From contig NW_024704745.1 in assembly GCF_018977255.1 (NCBI RefSeq), positions 66,526,001 through 66,590,000 of the forward strand: 64,000 nucleotides of DNA, written 5' to 3'. The position numbers and the translations under genes are program-made. Source of the DNA: Callorhinchus milii. Its lineage: Eukaryota. The notes under the pieces are model-generated. The model had not been told where the DNA came from. It did no database searches and saw nothing but the letters and a program-made list of their open reading frames with translations. Positions 52,001 to 60,200 of this stretch are shown here, piece after piece (the first letter of the stretch is position 1; the number at the start of each line of letters is the position of its first letter).

Positions 52001-55000
52001 GTTCCCGAACAATTTGAACATTTGATTTAAAATCGATGTAGATCCTTTTAATTTTAATTTGTTCTGGCTAAGGATGACACTTTTTCTTGTTTCCATTTAT
52101 TTTAAATGCCACACAGGATCAACACCTCCAGGAATCCTAGGCACCAGCAGAAATCCTGGTATGGCTGCAGGGTTTTGGTCTGTGTTGACTAGACACAGAG
52201 AGATTGAAAACAAAATTACAGTGTTAACAGATGGGGAATTGTGTTGCTATTTGTGGCATGGTGTAAAGATACAATAGTCGTGAAATCCCAGTTGACCATA
52301 GACCAATTTACTTCCAAATTTAAAATCGTGCAGAATTATGGATTAACAATGCAGTGTTAATTCAGAAGCATTTTAAGAACTATAAAAAAACTGCTTCCAA
52401 ATTATACCCTAATCTAATCGGGCACTGGTCTCTTGTTTATAGCAGTACTTTTTACAAGTTTTCTATCAGATATTTTTAAGGCTTGTTTGCTATATTTGTT
52501 AGATTGAGTTTTAAACAAATTGTGTAAATAGACTGAAGATTTACAAACTGACTGTTTTGTGTGAATATTATAGAAATCTTGTTTCAAGCATAGGTTTCTT
52601 GGTATACAACTGTTTTTTTCTTGACTGGACTGCAGTAGTTTATCCACTGTTACTAAGAGAAGAATTGGAATCCAGGCAACGATTTTTATTTTTATCTTTA
52701 CATTTCTATCGGTAAAGTACATGTAAAATCCAGAAAGCAGGAATGTATATATTGAAGGAATTAGGAACGAACCTTGGTAATCCCCGGAATAAAGTTCCTT
52801 TGCATCTTAATACCTAAGAGTTTTTTAAGTCAGCTTTCTTATAGAATACTCTATAACTTCTTGCTTCTCGTTTTCATTCTATCTTTATAGCTGCCTTCTC
52901 GCCTGAAAGCAGGCACAGTCCATTAGTGGATCAGATTAGGGGTAAGTATCTATAGTGATCAGCTGTCCAGTGTTTAGAATAGATACGCTGCTGGCAATAT
53001 TTATTCCGAGTGGTGTATCTAAATACTGATAATCCTTGCATTTGGTAATTTATCCTACAGAACTAGAAATGCAAAAAATATACATGGTGTGCTGTTTATT
53101 ATAATGCTCAGATTATGAGTGGATCTGACCAAATAATGAATGATGAATTTCGGAGTGTGTCACAATACGAAAACCATGATGTAGAGCAATCCTGTTAGAA
53201 CACCTCTCAACAATAACAACAAATTACATTTGTATAACGGCTTTCACTTCGAGGACAAACCTGAGGCTGGACAGTCAGGGATTTGGATCCGAGCAGGGGG
53301 TCGGGATCAGGAGGGATGGAGGGCAGGGGTAGGAGAGTGGCCGAAGGCATGGTCGAAGAGGTGGGTCTTGAGACATGCCTTCAGGGAGACAAGAGACCAC
53401 TCAACCCCTCCATTGACCATAAGTTTATAGTGGGCCTGTGCTAACTGGAAATGTGTTGCACCGAGCTTGCAACACTAAGTGTCCTTTTCCTGTGCTAACA
53501 AATGTCTGATTTTAGTTGTCAGGTCACTGCTGACATTGTTTCTTGTATATTACAATACAATTCCTCAATTCCCTTCTGACTATAATTTCATTGCTTATTG
53601 CTTTTTTCCAAAATGCAATGTTTTTCCATTCGTTCTTCTTGGAAGTGAGGAAATTAGGACAAAACAAAGTTATCCACAAGTTTTTTTTTAAACTGGTGGT
53701 TATACATCTCAAGGAGCTTAAAAAAAGTTTGAAAAAATGGCTGGTAACAACTTACAATAGTTGTATAGTGCCTTTCATGTTGGGAGAACAGCCCAAGGTG
53801 CTTAACAATCATGGCTTATCGTGCACCTGTAGGTGATGATCATCAGTTTATGAAAAAATGGGATCCAAGTTGCAGTCTAAATTCAGAAATTCTCAATTAT
53901 TGAACATGAGTCATTCAGATACATGATGGGTGTACTATTAAATTGGTTGTTCCGATGCTGGAATTATATATGCCAATTCATGCTCTTTCCTTTTTAAATT
54001 ATTTTTCTTGAATTATATTTCTAACTTTTGATTACTGGGGAAATGTGTGGCTTTGCCAGACATGTCGTCTTGGGAGATAGGAACAGTATTACTGAGGAAA
54101 GAATTGTGTATTAGTTTACTTATACACAGTACAAATTCAGATGAGATGGACTTCAATAGGCTGCATTCCATTTGTTGGTGAGTCCAACAACTTGTGTTCA
54201 CATAAGCGCCCTTCACCCAGGATAGCAAGCCGGGCATCTGAACAAGGGACCATAAATATAAGATAGCTAATAGTTGATCTGATAGGGAGTTTAGGAGAAA
54301 CTTCTTCACACAGAGGGTGGTGAGAATGTGGAACTCACTACTGGAGGCTGTGGTTCAAGCGAAAGTCAATTTATTTTAAAGGAAACTTGATGCCTAGATG
54401 TGGTAGAAGGGAATAGGAGTTTTGGGGGCCTGTGTGGAGCATAAACACTGATACAGACAAGTTGGGATGAATGTCCTGTTTCCATGCTGTATCACTATGT
54501 GTAATAATGATAAACATTTCAGTTGGCCTTTTTTTAAGATGATTCACAATCTTGTTTTGGTTATCATTCTATGTTTGAAACAGTTTGAAAATTCCTAATA
54601 ACTGCAGGCCTCAATGCATCGTGTTAGATTGCTGTTATTAAATCGGGACAGGCTGGTTGGGTCCAATAACCTTTCTCCAACCCTAAAATTCTTATATATT
54701 GTACCAGGGAAATGAGAACATGTAATTGTAATGTTAATACTGTCGGGTTTAGTATATCATATGAAGTATCTCTCTGCTGTTGTAATAGAAATGCCACACG
54801 TTTTCCTAAATTTGTAGCTGGACGATAATGGGGAATGCTGAATTGCTGATGATGATTTGTTCAAAAAGATTAAATGGAGTGATATCTTGAACCATCTTAT
54901 CATAGTATCCTCAATTGGTGCTTATTGTCTTCAGCTGTATTTTCAAGAAAAGCATTCAGGGAGTCAGAATGCTGCATTAAAAAATCTGTATTCAAATTTG

Positions 55001-56581
55001 TTACCTTGGTTAGTCCCAATTTACATCATCTTTTATTATATTCTTCACTGTTGTTAACTTCTCAAGCTTCAGAAAACATCGCCATGGTGGGCATTGGAAA
55101 GTATAGTTCAATATAACCAATGTTTCTCTGTAAACATAATATTTATGTATAAAACCAACTTCCGACTTGATAAATGTAGTAACAACCATTGTTTCCTGTA
55201 TTATTTTAGACAGTACACAAAGCACCCATGGTACCAGTGCTAAAGGAGAGCGGATGAATGCCAAGCTGAGGTCACTCCATGGAGTTAATGATCAGTATGA
55301 AACCAGCAATAACAAAGACATAGGCAAGTGCTTAGCTTTTTTATTTTGAATATTGACTTTTACTATGTATGTTTGTGAAATTGAAATTGTGCATTGTCAG
55401 TTCAGGCAGAGCATACAATAGACAGGTTGCAGAAAATTGATTAAGTTCTGAGCTATATTTCCTACATTAGAATCATTTGCTGTTTGATGTGGTATTTAAT
55501 AATACAAGTAAAAATACCATGTACCATAAATTAACATTAATATTAGAATTTTTTTAGACTTAGTTTTTTTGGGGTAAGCTTCAAGTTCAATACAGCATCA
55601 ATGAGAGCAGGAAAGGTCCTTGTCTCTGCCAAAAGCCTGTGAAGCACACAATAGTTTGCTCTATTGCCTGTAGTTATTCCATCCATGAAAGTTTGCTAAT
55701 AATTCCATTTGATATAGCATCATCGAGACATCTTCAAATGCTTCACAGGATTTCACAAACCAAGTTTACAATATAAATTTATATTTATACAGCACCTTTC
55801 ATATTTGGAGAACATCCCAAGGTACTGTGAAGTGTAGTGAGTTTATTTGTAGGCAAACAGCCAATTTGCACTCAGCAATTTGCATAAACAGCTGTGAAGT
55901 AAGTGACCTTCTGGGGGATTGTTGGCCAGAACACCAGAGGTTTTGTTAGCACCAGCAAGAAGGTGCTAAATTGCCAACTTTGCCAGAGTACATTATAATA
56001 GGTAAAGCCATTACTGTATAACAAGATCCTGTTTTTTCTCTGTTTAATCAACTACTTCTTGTAATAAAAATATAGGTAGGTTAACTATATTTAGAGTTGA
56101 CCAATAACCTGCTTTACAAATGAGTAATGTTAGCTGAGTTCCATGATTACATTTAAATGATTCTTGCAACTTACTGTCTAAGGCCAATTGACCACCTGCC
56201 TCCAAATTTTGACTATATATTCAATAAAACTCCATTCAATTAAATTCTAATTTTTAGGACTATATCAGAAAATTAAATTAAATGTTTAATTTCTAGATGT
56301 ACATACATCAACTAGCTACTTGATTTTTGGCTTTAAAATAAAAACCTAAAATAAAGATACCTTAAACAGGGTCTTTCTAAACTAACCTGTTATAATATAG
56401 TAAAAAATTGTACTTTGTAAACTCTAATTAGCACCTGCTTTTTTTAAAAAAATCAATAGATGCATCGTATGTGGATCCACTTGGCCCACAAATAGAACGG
56501 CCCAAAACTGCAGCAAGAAAACGGGTTGATGAGGATGAATTTGCAGATGAAGAACTGGGAGACGATTTGCTGCCAGAGTAG
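25034..56581 (+). CDS. IFT88: Intraflagellar transport protein 88 (IFT-B, TPR repeats), complete CDS, 825 aa
   Basis: Coding exons: 25034-25117, 26827-26889, 29198-29257, 29396-29449, 30270-30339, 30424-30493, 32361-32451, 33097-33201, 33458-33560, 34209-34323, 34804-35035, 35539-35609, 36079-36165, 36590-36689, 39078-39164, 40280-40466, 41221-41329, 41439-41589, 42791-42906, 43541-43593, 45847-45912, 46323-46429, 49438-49498, 55210-55323, 56460-56581. Sum 2478 nt, open frame from [23 protein letters not shown] to [15 protein letters not shown]-stop, colinear with human IFT88. Confidence 0.97.
25155..26140 (-). repeat. Unidentified interspersed repeat, two tandem copies, interrupted by a CR1-type tail at ~25995-26101
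   Basis: Units start at ~25155 and ~25439, each after a T run; similar to 9800-10480. Confidence 0.7.
27455..27594 (+). repeat. AT-rich ~140 bp direct repeat, copy 1
   Basis: TGTACAGTAGTCCGTTGGTTATAGTTGTTCAATTGGAAATACA... recurs at 29855. Confidence 0.9.
27660..28376 (-). mobile_element. Nested SINE and L2-tail cluster
   Basis: Older Deu SINE (27660-27945 and 28150-28245) split by an L2 tail (~27948-28140), plus a young SINE tail at 28284-28376. Confidence 0.7.
28630..28920 (+). mobile_element. L2 LINE 3' end
   Basis: GGRAFS...LWNSIP motifs; tail CAGCGCCTTGGGACATCCTCCCGACGTGAAAGGCGCTCTACAAATGTAATTTTGTTG. Confidence 0.85.
29855..30060 (+). repeat. AT-rich direct repeat, copy 2, followed by a degenerate tandem unit
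   Basis: Matches 27455-27594 without gaps; CATTAATCAC-AACTTGTT recurs at 29900 and 29990. Confidence 0.85.
30550..31607. mobile_element. Minus-strand SINE B split by two oppositely oriented L2 3' ends
   Basis: SINE tail and core at 30550-30715, SINE head at ~31410-31607; L2 minus ~30720-31003 and L2 plus ~31060-31400 between them. Confidence 0.75.
35228..35390. repeat. Compound (AC)/(AG) simple repeat
   Basis: Recurrent CACACTCAGAGA units. Confidence 0.85.
41330..41438 (+). other. U12-type (minor spliceosome) GT-AG intron of IFT88, 109 nt
   Basis: 5' site GTATCCTTT, branch site TCCTTGAC at 41417-41424, AG at 41437-41438, no polypyrimidine tract. Removal gives in-frame YQIASL-YEMLEDP. Confidence 0.92.
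42237..42595 (+). mobile_element. tRNA-derived Deu-type SINE, subfamily B
   Basis: B box GGTTCGATTCC, subfamily B body, common tail. Confidence 0.8.
43080..43480 (-). mobile_element. L2 LINE RT fragment
   Basis: DHSTLL...WFRSYLS...VPQGSVL and LFNLYM...FHMYADDT in ORFs 43144-43440 and 43136-43375. Confidence 0.9.
43905..44755 (+). mobile_element. CR1 LINE 3' fragment
   Basis: [16 protein letters not shown]...EKDLGVLID...[21 protein letters not shown]...QRRATKMI, frameshifting into [11 protein letters not shown]. Confidence 0.92.
45180..45560 (-). mobile_element. L2 LINE 3' fragment
   Basis: [20 protein letters not shown]...RCLRS in ORF 45115-45438. Confidence 0.8.
47232..47880 (+). mobile_element. 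L2 LINE 3' fragment inserted in a minus-strand CR1 tail (~47085-47232, resuming ~47885-47975)
   Basis: [12 protein letters not shown]-type coding remnant followed by an L2 tail. Confidence 0.85.
48145..48842. mobile_element. Penelope-like retroelement fragment: RT remnant on minus (48145-48550), inverted pseudo-LTR on plus (~48560-48842)
   Basis: [14 protein letters not shown]...[21 protein letters not shown]...LRHIDD and [16 protein letters not shown] are PLE RT motifs; the plus segment carries CTGATGAAGG...CCCGAAACGTT...AGATGCTGCCTGACCTGCTGAGT. Confidence 0.85.
48736..48772 (+). ncRNA. Minimal type I hammerhead ribozyme motif of the Penelope pseudo-LTR
   Basis: AGTT-CTGATGA-A-GGATT-GTG-GACCC-GAAAC-GTT-GACT: core boxes present, stem I AGUU/GACU, stem II with one mismatch, stem III reduced to the palindrome ACGT. 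Confidence 0.7.
55324..56459 (+). other. GC-AG last intron of IFT88
   Basis: Exon ends ...AAAGACATAG|GCAAGT; joining to 56460 gives [14 protein letters not shown], matching human [14 protein letters not shown]. Confidence 0.85.
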
Positions 56582-56594
56582 TTACTGCACCAAA

Positions 56595-56814
56595 AATAAA
56601 TCAAAGTTAATATCATCTTTATCATTACATATGGTATATTTGGTTCTGCTGGTATATATGTTGTATTAATTCATGTCTCATATATGTTTGCATTTACTTT
56701 TCATCAATGGTGTTTACCTTACACTTTTTCACTGTAGATTACTTGTAAATATTGAACTTGTGTATTTTTGATATTTTAAATATCTGTTTCTGTAACTTTA
56801 CTCTTATAAATAAA
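56595..56814 (+). terminator. IFT88 candidate polyadenylation signals
   Basis: AATAAA at 56595-56600 and 56809-56814, downstream of the TAG at 56579-56581. Confidence 0.5.
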
Positions 56815-57254
56815 ATGACATAACTTCTATAATTCTACGTTGTTCCAAAATTCTAAAAAAATATATTTTTGGTGTCCAGTGAATACTTCTGGCCAGAAAC
56901 TGTACACATTCCCTTAAAACCAGACTTGCCAGGCCAAAACTGGACAGTTGGTGACTCATTGATTAAATAGCCTACCACTAGCCTGGGGGAGGGTCAATGG
57001 ATAAATAGCCTGCTTTTCTGCTCAATCGATGTGGTGGGGTAGGAAGGACCTGTGCTCCTGAGCTTCTCAGTGAGACAGACCTTCAGCCGGTATCTAGAGA
57101 AACCCAGGAGCGAATCATAGTCACTTATTTGGGATTGTTCCTCTCCCTGTGGGGGTTGAACCTCGCAGTCTTGCCCCCTCTCCCCAAAACACCCCAAATC
57201 AGCAACACATCTTCAGGGAATTCACACGTCCATGACACACATGTATATCCTTTT

Positions 57255-57260
57255 TTTATT
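57255..57260 (-). terminator. EEF1AKMT1 candidate polyadenylation signal
   Basis: AATAAA on the minus strand, 25 nt after the TAA stop. Confidence 0.5.
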
Positions 57261-57285
57261 GAAAACAAAAATTCTTTAAAACAGA

Positions 57286-60200
57286 TTAAGAGATGGAGTC
57301 TGAATCTAATCTTGTTGCATAGTTGGTGTAACAACGATATTCATTTGCTAATTTCCTGTTGTGTTTTGGTAGAAATTTACCCATTTTCACATCAAGTAAC
57401 TTTGCTGCTAAATCCTCCATGATTGCACCTGAAATGGATAGTCAAAGACACTCAAATGTGGGACAATGGAGACAAGCAAACAAAAGATCTAACATAATAA
57501 AAATCAGATATTCATTCAAGAATAGGGAAGGATCTGTCCCCCAAATACTGTACCCACAATTCAGGCCAACCTCATTATAAACAGCCTATGTACATCAGTG
57601 TGACATATAATAAAAGTAGCTTCAGGTCAGCACTTCAAGTCACCACGGATCTCACTTCCTGCATGCAAGTAATGTACAGTAACTGCTATTGTCACAAAAT
57701 GATGTCAGCGGCGCTTTCTGTGCAGAGCAGCACTGACTGGAAACTGACCAGAGTGCATTGTGTGTCTGGTCCACAGTGCGACTGCATTATAAACAAACCC
57801 GTAATACAACAGGGAGATATGCCTGGAGTATTATTAAAGGAAGACTAGTGTTAGAATGAATACCAGAAACGTAACCACCATCTCAGTTAATAAACTTTGA
57901 GGTTTAAACGTTGAGAAATAAACTTTGAGGTATTCCAAGCATTGCTGTAGATGTGATCATCTTTGTGGAGCCATCGGAAACCCAAATACTTAACTGCCAT
58001 CATTATCATACTCGCTCAATATTCATTTGTTACGGAACTGGCAAAACTTTACAAGTATTCCCATCAAAACAAATCGTTACAAGATTACATTTCCACCTAC
58101 CAGTACAAAGAAGAATTTTCTCTTTTGTGAGATATTTGACTGTAAGTGCTGTTTTGCTGAGACAGTCTTCCGAGAGGTACGGTGGGGACACGACAACAAT
58201 GTCACAGCTGTGAGGCTTGAGGTTTTCAGGCAGCTTCAAAGGATCGCTGTAGTTATAGAACACAAACTCCTCTCCGTACACAGAAAAACGAGTGTCATAC
58301 TCCAGCAGAACGACAGAGAATTCTTCATTCCCAAGTGCTTTCAGTTTCTGATAAATACTTGGGGCACTGATGCAAGCTATTCTGAAACAAGTGTACAATA
58401 TAGTAAATCAACATATCTGCAAACTCAAGGATATGTTCACCCTCCGAGGTGCCTTCAGCTACTACGCCCCGAAACTCTAGAACTCTACCACAATCTCTCC
58501 ACTTGCCCCCTCCCTCCCCACTTTCAAAACCTGCTTTCAAAAACAGTCCTGTTTGATTGGGCTTAGTCACCTCCGCCCTCCCTATCCCCCTGGTAGCGTC
58601 ACACGCTGCCACTGTCAAACGCTCCAGGACACTACCCCATGTGAAGGTCACTATATAAATGCACGTTGTTGTTGCTAGCAGTCACAGGTTAGATTAAGAC
58701 CGTGGGGAAATCCTACCAAATCTCTTTCAATACTAATAAACTGGCCAATGCTAATAAACTAAGCGTAAAGATGGTTTTAAAGATTTTCATCCAATGATTC
58801 AGATATTGAGGCACTACAAGGACAGGGCCCTCTCTTTACAATGACAAGCCCTGAACACTAAAGTGGGCCTCTTTTTACAACGTACTCTGCTTCTCAGCAG
58901 GGCAATAGTGGAGATAAGCTTTCTCACAGCAGGACTATGTTGTCCCATCTCTGTCTCTACAATTTCAGCTCCTGCACTGTAGCACTCAAAAAAAATCGAA
59001 AAATTCAGTAATAAAACTATTCGACATCAGGGCAGTGTCATTACTATACTATTAACTGTAATTCACTAAAATAATACAAAAATAATTTGTTTAATAATAA
59101 AATATTTCAAAATCTTGTCAATAGCCTGCCCTCCTTGCTTATTTTAATTTTTAAACAATTTTCTGTTTCAAGCTTTAAACCTCTCTTATCATTCCTCTAG
59201 GCCTCACTGTGCAAAGAACTATTCCATTTGCCTAAAAACCCCCACCAATTTTGATGTTTGAACAAGGTGAATCGCTCTAAAAATGCAAGCTCTCGCTCTC
59301 TCCCTCTTCTGTCATTCTTCTGCCTGCTCTCTTTCTCCCCCTCTATGCGCTCTCTATCTCTCTCATTCCTTCTCTTTCCCCTTCTTTTAATGATCAGATT
59401 TTATAATTTTTAATGATTTCTATTGATTCTATAGCGGGGAAGTGAGATTGAATTGGATAGCTCTTTTCAAAGACCCAGCACGGACACGATGGGCCGAATG
59501 GCCTCCTTCTGTGCTGTATAATTCAATGATTTAGAATTAATGATTCATACTGATAGCTGCTGTGTGGCAGGAATAGACATCACTTCCACCCTCAATGTAT
59601 TAAGGAAATATATATAAAGGTAGTCCAATTCAATGCACAGAATTACCTGCCACCACGTCCAACAGCTCTAATGGCCTCCTGGGCTAGTTGTGTTGCAGTT
59701 TCATCACTGTACCAAAACTGGCTTAATTGCTGTTAGAAATGATAGTTTATTAACATAATTATTCTGTATTTTTTAGACAGTTTGTCCCATACAACCAAAC
59801 TGCATAAAACAATCCCAAAACACATCTTAAACTTCAAACTTTGGACAATTATTCTAATAACTTACAACAACATAGATCACATACAATGCAAAACATGCAG
59901 AGTGAAACTCGATCGAAAAAAAACAATTTGGAAAAGTGACCACAGAAAGATCTCCTGTAGCTCAGTGGTTAGATCCTCACAACCGGGAGGACCTGGGTTT
60001 GATTCCCGGGCACGGTGAAACGTTGGGCAAGTTTCCTTACTCACATGTCTCGGTTTTCCTAGCAGTAAGTAGGAATCCGCTTGTTAGTCAATTGGCGGAT
60101 CGTGTAGCTGTCCTGTAGCTCAGTGGTTAGAGCACTCGCTTTGCAAGTGAGAGACCTGAGTTCAATTCCAGGCAGAGGGCGAAACCTTGGGCAAGTTTCC

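Noticed and set aside
56994-57197. ORF with ISDYD...RY...CL as an IL17D remnant
   Set aside because: Wrong strand for IL17D, lacks SPW and the cystine-knot cysteines; similarity is at chance level.
58027-58566. 179-aa plus-strand ORF
   Set aside because: Antisense shadow of an EEF1AKMT1 exon plus an L2 fragment.
60110-60180. tRNA-Ala(TGC)-like gene
   Set aside because: It has A/B boxes and an anticodon arm but no proper acceptor stem, and it runs into a SINE body found in many copies.
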